Source of the DNA: an uncultured Holophagales bacterium
GTDB lineage: Bacteria > Acidobacteriota > Thermoanaerobaculia > Multivoradales > UBA5704
Length of the DNA stretch: 64,000 nt
Reading direction: 5' to 3'
Assembly (NCBI GenBank): GCA_963842525.1
Contig: CAWJGT010000009.1
Span: forward strand, 608,001 to 672,000
The notes below the pieces were generated by a model. The model saw only the letters and a program-made list of their open reading frames with translations, searched no databases and was not told where the DNA came from. Positions within the stretch are counted from its first letter, which is position 1; every line of letters starts with the position of its first letter. The translations under genes were made by a program, and so were the position numbers. Below, one piece after another: positions 31,009 to 40,402 of the stretch.

Positions 31009-31949
31009 CCCGTCACCTGATCTCGATTCATGACCTGACCGCGGCGGAGGTGGCCGGCCTCTACCGGCTCGCCGCCGACGTCAAGGCCAACCCCGGCAAA
31101 TATGCCGACCATCTGCACCGCAAGACCCTCGGCATGATCTTCGAGAAGTCCTCGACCCGCACGCGGGTGAGCTTCGAGGTGGGCATGGCGCAGATGGGCG
31201 GCCATGCCCTGTTCCTGTCCAGCCGCGACATCCAGCTCGGCCGCGGCGAGCCGATCTCGGACACCGCGCAGGTGCTCTCCCGCTACGTCGACGGCATCAT
31301 GGCCCGCACCTTCGCGCACCAGACCGTGCTCGATCTCGCCCGTTACGGCTCGATTCCGGTGATCAACGGCCTGACCGACGACCTCCATCCCTGCCAGGGG
31401 CTGACCGACTACTTCACCCTGGTGGAGGTCTTCGGCAGCCTCGACGCCTTGCGCGGGCGCAAGCTCGCCTATGTGGGCGACGGCAACAACATGGCCCATT
31501 CGCTGATGTTCGGCGCCGCCAAGCTGGGGATGGACGTCGCGGTCGCCTCGCCCAAGGGTTATGAGGTCAAGGGAAAATATGCCGCGCTTGCCCGCGAGGA
31601 CGCCGTAGCCGCGGGCACGAAGGTCCTCCTGACGAACGATCCGAAAGAAGCCGTGGAGGGTGCCTCCGCCGTCTACACCGACGTCTGGGCCTCCATGGGC
31701 CAGGAAGCCGAAGCGCAGGAGCGCCTGCGCGCCTTCGCCGGCTTCACAGTGGACGCCGCCCTGATGCGCCACGCCCGCGAGGACGCCGTCTTCCTCCACT
31801 GCCTGCCCGCCCACCGCGGCGAAGAGGTCGCCGCCGAGGTGGCCGATGGCACCCAGAGCCGCATCTTCGACGAGGCCGAGAACCGCCTGCACGTCCAGAA
31901 GGCGGTCATGCTGTGGTTGATGGCTGGAGTGGAGATCCTGGAGGAGTGA
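31005..31949 (+). CDS. argF: Ornithine carbamoyltransferase
   Basis: FEKSSTRTR, HPCQ, DVWASMG, LHCLPAHRG, AENRLH. Confidence 0.96.
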   Translation: MTRHLISIHDLTAAEVAGLYRLAADVKANPGKYADHLHRKTLGMIFEKSSTRTRVSFEVGMAQMGGHALFLSSRDIQLGRGEPISDTAQVLSRYVDGIMARTFAHQTVLDLARYGSIPVINGLTDDLHPCQGLTDYFTLVEVFGSLDALRGRKLAYVGDGNNMAHSLMFGAAKLGMDVAVASPKGYEVKGKYAALAREDAVAAGTKVLLTNDPKEAVEGASAVYTDVWASMGQEAEAQERLRAFAGFTVDAALMRHAREDAVFLHCLPAHRGEEVAAEVADGTQSRIFDEAENRLHVQKAVMLWLMAGVEILEE

Positions 31950-31959
31950 GCTCCCCTTA

Positions 31960-32303
31960 GGGCCTGTCCCGAAATAACCTAGGCGTACTGAATTCCCCTC
32001 CGGCCCAAGGGGCCGGGAGAACATAGCCCAGGGCCGAGGCCGAAGGCCGACGCCCTGGGTCCTAGGAGGCCGATCTACCCCGCGGCCTGAAGGGCCGCGA
32101 GAGGTCTGTTCGAGCCGGTTCCGCTCCTGGTGAAGGCTCCCGCGGCCCTTCAGGCCGCCTGATCGTGGCGGCCCTTGAATCCCAGGGAATCGGCCTGCGG
32201 CCTCATCCCTGGGCTGGGATCTCCCGGCCCGTTGGGCCGGATAGGGCGGCCATGAAGCTGCGAGAGAAAAAGGATCCTGGCTGATTTATTTCGTAGCAGG
32301 CCC
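31960..32303. mobile_element. 344-bp non-autonomous MITE (IS5/IS1031-type ends)
   Basis: 18-bp terminal inverted repeats GGGCCTGTCCCGAAATAA vs GGGCCTGCTACGAAATAA (15/18); TTA duplicated at 31957-31959 and 32304-32306; internal ~240-bp palindrome. Confidence 0.8.
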
Positions 32304-32384
32304 TTAGGGGCAATACTGTTCGTTTAGCCGCCTGCCCGCCCGGGCATAAATGCCCGGGCTTTCTTTCTCCCAGGGCCGTCCTCC

Positions 32385-32894
32385 CTACCCTCGCCGCCCC
32401 TCCACCCTCTCGGCCAACACTACCCCGGCGCGGTCGAGCGCGACGCCGCCGGCTGCTTCGAGGAAGTTGGCCAGGGAGAGCGGATCGGTGGCGAGGCTGT
32501 GGAGCACGTCGAGGGCGGCGACCAGCTTGTCGTCGTACAGCTCGAGGTGACCCACGGCCGCACCCCAGTCGGACCGGCTTTCCAGGGCGTAGCCTTCCAG
32601 GTCGGGCTGGGGATTCAGCCGGAAGGCCGCATCGCGGCCAATCCCGGGCAGAACGGCCGCGGCGAGCAGGGCGTGGAACCGCGAGGTGAAGACCGCCGTG
32701 GGCCGGCGGCGTTGCGGACCCTCGCCGGGGCGGAACAGGGCATAGCCCTGGTCGGTCGGTTCGATCCGCCACGGGCCGGCCACATCGGCTTCATGGGCCG
32801 TGGGCGGCTCGTCGCGCTCGGCGAGAAGGTCCAGGAAACGGGAGTCGAAGGCGTTGGGGAGAAGGCGGGTGGTACCATCGTCACTGCCGTGCAT
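32385..32894 (-). CDS. Hypothetical protein (169 aa)
   Basis: Globular-looking sequence with GC3-rich codons and AGAGGAA RBS; no family recognised. Confidence 0.75.
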   Translation of the reverse strand: MHGSDDGTTRLLPNAFDSRFLDLLAERDEPPTAHEADVAGPWRIEPTDQGYALFRPGEGPQRRRPTAVFTSRFHALLAAAVLPGIGRDAAFRLNPQPDLEGYALESRSDWGAAVGHLELYDDKLVAALDVLHSLATDPLSLANFLEAAGGVALDRAGVVLAERVEGRRG

Positions 32895-33116
32895 AGGAGT
32901 GGTTTCCTCTGCGTCGGTAGGCTCGGGGTGAGGGGACTAGCCTCGCTCCGGGCCGTCTGGTTGGGCCGGAAAACCGCCGGCCTGCGGACTACGAACCTAC
33001 TGCCTGCTTACCGCCATTCTAGCAAGGCCGTTGCGCCTGTCAAGTCCCTGGAGCGGGATGCAGGCATGTTCCAGAATGTCAAAGAGCGGCTCGGTGCGAC
33101 CGGCCCCGGGGTCCAG

Positions 33117-33410
33117 CCGCTGCCGCACGACCCCGTGCCGCTGCCGCTGGACCCCGTGCCGCTGCCGCACGACCCCGTGCCGCTGCCGCACGACCCCGCG
33201 CCGCTGCCGCACGACCCCGCGCCGCTGCCGCTCACGGTCCAGCCGCTGCCGCACGACCCCGTGCCGCTGCCGCACGACCTCGCGCCGCTGCCGCACGACC
33301 CCGTGCCGCTGCCGCACGACCTCGCGCCGCTGCCGCACGACCTCGTGCCGCTGCCGCACGACCTCGCGCCGCTGCCGCACGACCTCGTGCCGCTGCCGCA
33401 CGACCCCGTG
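33117..33410. repeat. Tandem array of 14 x 21 bp (consensus CCGCTGCCGCACGACCYCGYG)
   Basis: Units counted directly; reads PLPHDPV on + and RQRHGVV on -. Confidence 0.95.
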
Positions 33411-33442
33411 CGCTTGCGGCAGGCCTTCGCGGTGGCACGTCC

Positions 33443-34003
33443 TCACCCCCTGTCCGCCTTGCCCAACCTCCTCATCAGCTCCCGCCACGCCTTGCCGCGG
33501 TGGCTGACGGCGTCCTTCTCCTTGCCGGTCAGCTCGGCGAAGGTGCGGGTTTCTCCGCGAGGGAGGAAGACGGGGTCCCAGCCGAAGCCGTGGGCGCCGC
33601 GGCCGGGGAGGATCAGCTCTCCCTCGGTGAGGCCCTCGGCGGCGACGGCCTGCTCGGCATCTCGATAGAAGAGGCCGCAGCGGGCGAGAGCGTGGGCATC
33701 GCCGAGGGTGTGGGCTGCCCGGGCGAGGCCCTCGGCGCCGACGGCCTGGAGCATCCATTTGACCAGCGGGCCGGGGAAGCCGTTGAAGGCCGAAAGCTCC
33801 AGGCTCACGTCCTCGATGACCAGCGGACGGCCGATCTGCCGCCAGGCTTCGTCGGCCTTGCCGCGCAGGATTTCGATCAGATCGAGGGACTGGATTTCCG
33901 GCAGGTCCAGCTCGACGGCTTCCAGGTCGGCCCCGAGCGCGAGCCGGGCCTCGGCGATCTTACCGCGGTTGCCGGTGACGAGGACGAAGGGAAGGGTGCT
34001 CAC
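33443..34003 (-). CDS. rdgB: Non-canonical purine NTP pyrophosphatase (RdgB/HAM1)
   Basis: LVTGNRGKIAE, PEIQ, FPGPLVK, GFGWDPVF, SHRGKA. Confidence 0.94.
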   Translation of the reverse strand: MSTLPFVLVTGNRGKIAEARLALGADLEAVELDLPEIQSLDLIEILRGKADEAWRQIGRPLVIEDVSLELSAFNGFPGPLVKWMLQAVGAEGLARAAHTLGDAHALARCGLFYRDAEQAVAAEGLTEGELILPGRGAHGFGWDPVFLPRGETRTFAELTGKEKDAVSHRGKAWRELMRRLGKADRG

Positions 34004-34599
34004 CCTGCCGCCAGCCGCCGCAGCTCCACGATGAGCTCGTCGACCTGGGGGCGGAGGTGGATGTGGCTGCCGCAGTTGTCGATCAGACGGTGGGCCGCGT
34101 CGCGCCGCTCCTTGCCGTCCCCCTGGGCCAGGAGGCGGGCCCGCGCCCCGGCCTCGTCCATGCCGCGGGACACGGCCCGCGCCAGGCGGGTCGGAGCGTC
34201 GCATTCGACCGTAACGATGAAGTCGAAGTCCGGGGCGTAGCCGGACTCGACCAGCAGGGTGGCTTCGAGGACCACGACCTCGTTGCCGGCTTCTGCAATC
34301 TCCGCGAACCGTTTTCGCACCAGGGGATGGATCGCGCGCTCCAGGGCCTGGCGGGCCTGGGGGTCCTGGAACACCTTCGCCGCCACATGGGCGTGATCGA
34401 CTCCGCCCTCCGCGTTCAGAGCCTCGGGCCCGAACAGATCGCGCACCGCCGGCACCCCTTTGCCGCCGGGCAGGTACAGCTCGGCCACCAGCTTGTCGGC
34501 GTCGATCACCTGGAAGCCGGCCTCTCGCAGCCACTGCGACACGGTCGACTTGCCGCTGGCGAGCCCTCCTGTGAGGCCGATGCGCAGGGCCCGTTTCAT
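34000..34599 (-). CDS. coaE: Dephospho-CoA kinase
   Basis: IGLTGGLASGKSTV, IDAD, LE.AIHPLV. Confidence 0.94.
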   Translation of the reverse strand: MKRALRIGLTGGLASGKSTVSQWLREAGFQVIDADKLVAELYLPGGKGVPAVRDLFGPEALNAEGGVDHAHVAAKVFQDPQARQALERAIHPLVRKRFAEIAEAGNEVVVLEATLLVESGYAPDFDFIVTVECDAPTRLARAVSRGMDEAGARARLLAQGDGKERRDAAHRLIDNCGSHIHLRPQVDELIVELRRLAAG

Positions 34600-35558
34600 G
34601 ACGAGGGTGCCGGAACGGTCAGTGCGCCAGGGGCCAGGAGCGGCAGCCCCTGCCGGAGGCGGGCGGCGTTCAGGGTGTTGACCAGGAGCATGGCTACGGT
34701 CAGAAGGCCGACCCCGCCGGGAACCGGCGTGATCGCCGACGTCTTCGGGGCCACCCGGGTGAAGTCGACGTCTCCGACGATCGTCGAGCCGCGCGTCGCG
34801 AGCTGCCGGCGGCGCTGCTCGTCGCCCGGAAAGAGGCGTTCCACCTCTGCCGGGTCGGTGATCCGGTTGATTCCGACATCCACCACGACGGCCCCTTCCT
34901 TCACGTGCTGCGAACCGAGAAAGGCGGGACGCCCGAGAGCGGCCACCAGGATGTCGGCCTCGCGTGTGACCGCGGCGAGGTCTGCCGTGCGCGAATGGCA
35001 GACGGTGACGGTGCAGTGCTCGCGCAGCAGGAGCGCGGCCATAGGCTTGCCCACGATGGCGCTCCTCCCCACGATTGCGGCCCGCCGGCCGGCCAGTGGG
35101 ATGCCGTTGCGCCGCAGCAGCTCGAGGACGCCGTACGGCGTGGCCGGCACGAACCCCGGCTCGTCGAGCCAGAGCCGGCCGACGTTCACCGGATGGAAGC
35201 CGTCCACGTCCTTGTCAGGCGCGACCCGATCGAGCACCCGCCGTTCGGTGATTCCCTTCGGAAGGGGGAGCTGGACGAGGATGCCGTCCACCGCCTCGTC
35301 GCGGTTGAGGCCTTCGATCAGCTCGATCAGCTCGTCCTCGCCGGTCGTCTCCGGCAGCCGGATCGTGCGGCTGGCGATGTCCGCCTCGTCGCAGGCCTTC
35401 ACCTTGCTCCCCACGTAGACCTGGGACGCGGGGTCCCCGCCGACCAGGACCGCTGCGAGGCCGGGAGCGCGGTAGCCGGCGGCGGTCAGCTCCCGCACGG
35501 CCGCGGACACCTCGGCGCGGATCTCGGCGGCGAGGGCCTTTCCTTCGAGGAGCTTCAC
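34596..35558 (-). CDS. folD: Bifunctional methylene-THF dehydrogenase/cyclohydrolase
   Basis: GILVQLPLP, KDVDGFHP, GRSAIVGKP, TPVPGGVG. Confidence 0.96.
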   Translation of the reverse strand: MKLLEGKALAAEIRAEVSAAVRELTAAGYRAPGLAAVLVGGDPASQVYVGSKVKACDEADIASRTIRLPETTGEDELIELIEGLNRDEAVDGILVQLPLPKGITERRVLDRVAPDKDVDGFHPVNVGRLWLDEPGFVPATPYGVLELLRRNGIPLAGRRAAIVGRSAIVGKPMAALLLREHCTVTVCHSRTADLAAVTREADILVAALGRPAFLGSQHVKEGAVVVDVGINRITDPAEVERLFPGDEQRRRQLATRGSTIVGDVDFTRVAPKTSAITPVPGGVGLLTVAMLLVNTLNAARLRQGLPLLAPGALTVPAPSS

Positions 35559-36307
35559 CCCGGGATCCTCCCGCTGTAGAGGCAGACGATGCCGCCGGAA
35601 AGGTCCTCCCAGGCCATCTCCGTGAACCCGGCGGCGGCCATCCGGTCGAGGAAGCCCTGGCGCTGCGGGAATTCCAGGACCGAGGCGGGGAGATAGGTGT
35701 ACGCCGAGCCGCGATGGGAGAGCAACCGTCCGACCCAGGGCAACAGGTGGCGGAAATAGAAGAGGTAGAGCGCGCGCAGGGGCGCGATCCGGGGGACGGC
35801 GAACTCCAGGACGACCAGCCGGCCGCCCGGCCGCAGGGCTCCGGCGAGCAGGCGCAGGGCCGCGTCGAGGTCGGCCACGTTGCGCAGGCCGAAGGAGACC
35901 GTCGCACCGGCGAAGCGCCGCGGCGGGAAGGGGAGCGCCAGGGCGTCCGCGGCCAACGGAGCCGGCCGGGGAGACCCCTGCGGCCCCTGGGGACCCCTGG
36001 GATCATTGCGGCCAAACTTTCGCCGCGCCAGGGCGAGCATGGGGATGCAGAAGTCGGCGGCGGCGACCCGCGCGCCGCGCTGGCGCAGGGCCGTGGCCTG
36101 GTCGCCCGTGCCGCAGCAGAGGTCGAGCACCTCGGACCCGGGCGCAGGATCGAGCACCGCCGCCGCCCGCCGTCGCCAGACGATGTCCAGGCTGGCCGAC
36201 AGCAGGTGGTTCAGCAGGTCATACCGGGGGGCGACCCCGGCGAACATGTCCTGGATGGCCCGCCCCGACTTGTCGAGCGGCGCACTGGCGGTGGAGGTCT
36301 CGCTCAC
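35555..36307 (-). CDS. ubiE: Ubiquinone/menaquinone biosynthesis methyltransferase
   Basis: MFAGVAPRYDLLNHLLS, LDLCCGTGD, SFGLRNV, YTYLPASV..FP. Confidence 0.93.
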   Translation of the reverse strand: MSETSTASAPLDKSGRAIQDMFAGVAPRYDLLNHLLSASLDIVWRRRAAAVLDPAPGSEVLDLCCGTGDQATALRQRGARVAAADFCIPMLALARRKFGRNDPRGPQGPQGSPRPAPLAADALALPFPPRRFAGATVSFGLRNVADLDAALRLLAGALRPGGRLVVLEFAVPRIAPLRALYLFYFRHLLPWVGRLLSHRGSAYTYLPASVLEFPQRQGFLDRMAAAGFTEMAWEDLSGGIVCLYSGRIPG

Positions 36308-36340
36308 GCGCCACAGTCTACCGGAGTCGGAGAAGGGATC

Positions 36341-39205
36341 TCAGCTTTGTGGACGCTCCCGGCCGGAGTTGAGCTCTGGGACGGAGAGAGGCTGGACCGG
36401 AGGAGCTCCTCCTGTAAGGTTAGCGACCCCTTCCAGGGGCTCGGCGGCCGCACCTGGTTTTTTAGGCCCTGGACGAATGTCGGCGACCACCCCTAACAAG
36501 GGAGGGAGGTCCCCGTCCGATGAGGAGGGGAGGTCCCGGAAGACCCTCTTCGTCGCGCGTTCGAGCTTGGCGGACGGGGACTCCGGTCGAGCTCCATCGT
36601 CATACTCCTTGCGGAAACCTGGCGAGTCCCGGAGCTCGGGATCGAGCTCGTTCCAGGCCTGCCGGAACATCTCCTCGTCTAGAATCCGGGCAGAGACTTT
36701 GTACTCCGTCGCGAGAAACTCTACCGCCCCATACAAGAAGGCGGTCAGCTTCGTCATCCTCTGGCGCGCCGAGCTCACGGCGAGCCCAGCCAGACAGCCG
36801 ATCATGAATTGCCGGCGCCCGATTTCCTGGTTGTTTTTGACGCTTTCGAGGTAGTGTCCCTCCGCCTCCTGGAAGTTCTCCTCGCGGACTGCCAGATCGC
36901 CCAGGTATTTCAGCGTCTCGGCCGAGCCCCACCGGTCATCCGCGTCTTGCTGGGTCTTCAGGGCCTCTTTGAGTTGGTTGCGGGCCTCGTCGAACTTCCT
37001 GTCCATCATGAGGAGGAAACCGAGATTGCTGCGCGTCAACGGGATACCCCAGGTGTCCCCCTCTCCCCAGAGGGCAAGACTGCGCTGATAGAGCTCTAGC
37101 GCTTCCCGGCTCTCCCCCCGCCGCCGCCGCACGTTACCCAAGTCGTTCAGGGCCAGGGCGAGGCCCCACGGATCCTCATTCCGCTGTCTTTCGAAAATTC
37201 GCCGGGCCTCTTCCTCGTAGCCGAGGGCGCCGTCGAGGTCGTTCAACCCCAGGACTGTCATGCCCAGCACGATCAGGGCATACCCGAGATCCCCCTCGTG
37301 CGCGGGACCCAGGGTGCGCCAGACTGCCACGCTCGCCTCGAGCAGGGGCTTCGCCTGGGGGTATTCGCCGCGGAGGAACGCCAGACCTCCGGCGCTATAG
37401 AGGGCCTGCGCGTAGGGGACTCCGCAGCTCTGGAGCGGCTCCTGCAGCCAGAGCTTCCCCTCCGTGAACTCCGCCCTCAGGTTCCAGAACCAGAACAGCG
37501 AGCCGGCGAGCCGCAGGCCCATCTGGCGGTCTCCGTCCATGGACCGGCTCCAGTCGAGTACCGCCTTGAGGTTGTCCCGCTCCCGCTCCAACTCCGCCAT
37601 GTGCTCCGGCCTCTTGGGCGATTTGATCCCCCGGTCGGCCGTCTCCGCGAGGCCTGCGAAATATCTGGCGTGGCGCCTCCGGGTTTCGGCTTCGCCCTCG
37701 CTTTGACGGAGGCAGTGTAGGGCGAACTCCCGGACCGTGTCGGTCATCTCGAACCGGGAAGCTCCGGCTTTGCTCTCTCGGCGGAGCAGAGCTTTCTCGG
37801 TCAGCCTTTCCAGCCCGTCTCGGAAAAGCGGTGGAATCTCCTTCGGAGAGCCGTTCTCACCTTCCTTGTCACAGACCCGGAAGGCCGATTCCGCGGTACA
37901 TCCTCCCGCGAACACCGCCAGATGCCGGAAGAGTTGCTGTTCGTCCGGCGGTAGGATGTCGTAGCTGCGGCGAATCGAGGCGTGCATCACCTTCTGCAGG
38001 CCGAGCCTGGAGTCCCCGCCCCCGCCCCCTTTCAGGTACAGGCGGAGCTCGGCCACGATCTCCGGCAGCTCGTATCCATAGCTCGCGCCAGCTACCACCT
38101 CGATGGCAAGCGCAAGGTCTCCGAGAAGCCCGCAGATCTCGTCTAGATCCTTCTCATGGCCTCTCACCTTGAACCGCGCCCCGACGTCCCTCCCTCTTTG
38201 CTTGAAGAGTTGGATCGCGTCGGCCCGTTTCAGGGGTTCCAACGGATAATGCTGAGCTGTCCGTAGCTTCCTGAGTTGGAAGCGGCTCGTGATAAGGACC
38301 TGAAGGCCGGGACAGCCGTGAGTGAGGTCCTCGACAGCCGGACCGGCCTTGATGAAATGCTCGAAGCCGTCGAGCAGCAACAGCGCCGGGCGCTGCTCCA
38401 AGTACTGTGTGAGGCTCTGGACCATCGAAACTCGTTCGGTTTCGCGGACACCCACCGTCTGGGCTATGGCGGAGAAGACCAGCCTCTCGGCCTCCTCCCG
38501 GGTGCGCAGAAACTGCTCCTTCTCGCCGCCGACCGGCGGCTTCAGGGAAACGGGATAGATGGAATAGCCCCTGAGCCTCTCCAGCAGCTTGAGCGCCAGC
38601 CAGGTCTTGCCCGTACCCCCGTCACCATGTAGGACGAGCAACGGCACCCGGTTCCGCCGCAGAGCTTGCTCGAGTTCTCGCAACTCGGCCTTGCGGCCGA
38701 TGAAGTGGACCGGAGCCTCCTCCGCCTGCGCCGCCAAAGGCCGCCTGCTCTTGCGCCGGGCCGATTCGAGAACCCTGTTGCGTACCAGCCAAGCGAGCTC
38801 TTCGGGGGTCTTCTTCGGGCCGACGTTGGCGAAAATGATATCCGGCAGGTCCGGAACGGGGGTGTCGTCGAAGCGAGCGGGGAGGATGTAGGGGTCCTCC
38901 AGCGGACTCTCTAGGGTCCGGTGCCTACGCAAGGCGGCCTGCAGCTCCTGCATCGTCGTTGGTTTGCCGGTGTAGAAGCGGGAGATGAAGACCAGGCAGT
39001 GCTGCGCCCGGTGCTCGAAGACGTCGGCCAGGTGGTCGAGCAGGGGAAGGCCGATCTCCGGTGCTCCCGGCCCGTCGCCGAAGTAGACTCGGAGCCCGTG
39101 CGACTCGAGCAGGGTCTTGACCTCCTCGACATACCTCCGGTCCTCACCGGCGTAAGAGAGTGCGACGTGGTATCTGCGAAAGGCAGTCAGCTTGGGTAGA
39201 TGCAT
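36341..39205 (-). CDS. TIR domain - STAND (NB-ARC-like) ATPase - TPR protein
   Basis: TIR: VALSYAGEDR..VE...FISRFY....T.QEL...ILPARFDD; Walker A GDGGTGKT; Walker B LLLLDGFE; LAVFAGG; TPRs such as ALNDLGNV and SNLGFL. Confidence 0.88.
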   Translation of the reverse strand: MHLPKLTAFRRYHVALSYAGEDRRYVEEVKTLLESHGLRVYFGDGPGAPEIGLPLLDHLADVFEHRAQHCLVFISRFYTGKPTTMQELQAALRRHRTLESPLEDPYILPARFDDTPVPDLPDIIFANVGPKKTPEELAWLVRNRVLESARRKSRRPLAAQAEEAPVHFIGRKAELRELEQALRRNRVPLLVLHGDGGTGKTWLALKLLERLRGYSIYPVSLKPPVGGEKEQFLRTREEAERLVFSAIAQTVGVRETERVSMVQSLTQYLEQRPALLLLDGFEHFIKAGPAVEDLTHGCPGLQVLITSRFQLRKLRTAQHYPLEPLKRADAIQLFKQRGRDVGARFKVRGHEKDLDEICGLLGDLALAIEVVAGASYGYELPEIVAELRLYLKGGGGGDSRLGLQKVMHASIRRSYDILPPDEQQLFRHLAVFAGGCTAESAFRVCDKEGENGSPKEIPPLFRDGLERLTEKALLRRESKAGASRFEMTDTVREFALHCLRQSEGEAETRRRHARYFAGLAETADRGIKSPKRPEHMAELERERDNLKAVLDWSRSMDGDRQMGLRLAGSLFWFWNLRAEFTEGKLWLQEPLQSCGVPYAQALYSAGGLAFLRGEYPQAKPLLEASVAVWRTLGPAHEGDLGYALIVLGMTVLGLNDLDGALGYEEEARRIFERQRNEDPWGLALALNDLGNVRRRRGESREALELYQRSLALWGEGDTWGIPLTRSNLGFLLMMDRKFDEARNQLKEALKTQQDADDRWGSAETLKYLGDLAVREENFQEAEGHYLESVKNNQEIGRRQFMIGCLAGLAVSSARQRMTKLTAFLYGAVEFLATEYKVSARILDEEMFRQAWNELDPELRDSPGFRKEYDDGARPESPSAKLERATKRVFRDLPSSSDGDLPPLLGVVADIRPGPKKPGAAAEPLEGVANLTGGAPPVQPLSVPELNSGRERPQS

Positions 39206-39408
39206 GGTGAGATACCTCTTGCTCTCATGCTAGAGAGCGCCTCTTCCATGGTCAAAGAGCCAAGTGCAGTCATGGAGAAGGCCGGCTGGAGCGGGTCGGA
39301 TCCAGCAGGGAAGTTGACGAGTGGGTCAGATGGTGTACACTAGGCACCTGCCGCGGCGGGCCGTCGCGGTGTGCAGGTAGCCATCTCGTGGGCGATTTGC
39401 CCGCCCCC

Positions 39409-39437
39409 TTGACAATGCTGTCCCATCCGCCTAGCAT
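39409..39437 (+). promoter_or_regulatory. Sigma70 promoter of the rplM operon
   Basis: TTGACA-17-TAGCAT. Confidence 0.75.
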
Positions 39438-39520
39438 ATGGCTCCTTTGCGTCGCAGAGGCGGGTCTCGCACGCCGCACCGGGGCGCTTTTCCCAGAGAG
39501 AGTCGGACGGAGATTTGAGC

Positions 39521-39964
39521 ATGAACAGGACCTATAGCCCGAAGCTCGCCGAGATCGAGCACCAGTGGCACGTGGTGGATGCGGCCGGGATTCCTCTCGG
39601 GCGTCTGTCCACGCAGGTGGCGCATCTCCTCATGGGCAAGCACAAGCCCACCTGGGCGCCGCATATCGACGTCGGCGACTTCGTGATCGTGATCAACGCC
39701 GAGAAGACGGTGCTGACCGGGCGCAAGGAGACCGACAAGGTCTATCACCGCCATACGGGCTATCCCGGCGGGCTGAAGAGCGAGACGGCCGGCGACCGGC
39801 GCAAGCGCAAGCCCACCAAGCTGGTCGAAGGGGCTGTCTGGGGCATGCTTCCCAAGAACAGCCTCGGGCGGAAGATCCTCCGCAAGCTGAAGGTCTACGC
39901 CGGACCGGAGCACCCCCATCAGGCGCAGCAGCCGCAGCCTTTCGACGCCAAGCTGGCGTCTTAG
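39521..39964 (+). CDS. rplM: 50S ribosomal protein L13
   Basis: WHVVDA...[24 protein letters not shown]. Confidence 0.98.
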   Translation: MNRTYSPKLAEIEHQWHVVDAAGIPLGRLSTQVAHLLMGKHKPTWAPHIDVGDFVIVINAEKTVLTGRKETDKVYHRHTGYPGGLKSETAGDRRKRKPTKLVEGAVWGMLPKNSLGRKILRKLKVYAGPEHPHQAQQPQPFDAKLAS

Positions 39965-39989
39965 TCGACAGAGGACAGAGGAGACCGCA

Positions 39990-40382
39990 GTGGATCGGGA
40001 TCAATACTATGGCACCGGGCGTCGCAAGACGGCCGCCGCACGCGTCTATCTGCGCTCCGGCGCTGGCGAGGTCAAGGTCAACGGCCGCACCCTCGACGAA
40101 TACTTCCCCAATGACGTGCTCAAGATGATCATCAAGCAGCCCCTGGTGCTGACCGAGACGACGGAGCGGTTCGACCTCGTCGTCACGGTGGCCGGGGGCG
40201 GCAGCGCGGGCCAGGCCGGCGCGATCCGGCACGGCATTTCGCGCGCCCTCATCCAGTTCAACGGCGAGCTGCGCGACCGTCTGAAGTCGGCGGGGCTCCT
40301 GACGCGCGATCCGCGCAAGAAGGAGCGGAAGAAGTACGGCCAGAAGGGTGCCCGGGCGCGGTTCCAGTTCAGCAAGCGCTAG
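39990..40382 (+). CDS. rpsI: 30S ribosomal protein S9
   Basis: [27 protein letters not shown]...QFSKR. Confidence 0.98.
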   Translation: MDRDQYYGTGRRKTAAARVYLRSGAGEVKVNGRTLDEYFPNDVLKMIIKQPLVLTETTERFDLVVTVAGGGSAGQAGAIRHGISRALIQFNGELRDRLKSAGLLTRDPRKKERKKYGQKGARARFQFSKR

Positions 40383-40402
40383 GTAAGAAGGGAGACATAC
40401 TC

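Noticed and set aside
33117-33410. 21-bp array as a CRISPR array
   Set aside because: Units are contiguous with no unique spacers, the period is too short, and there are no cas genes in the window
34790-34860. Insertion in FolD (PAEVERLFPGDEQRRRQLATRGS)
   Set aside because: Lies in a variable loop after DVGINR with no repeat or palindrome; ordinary lineage variation
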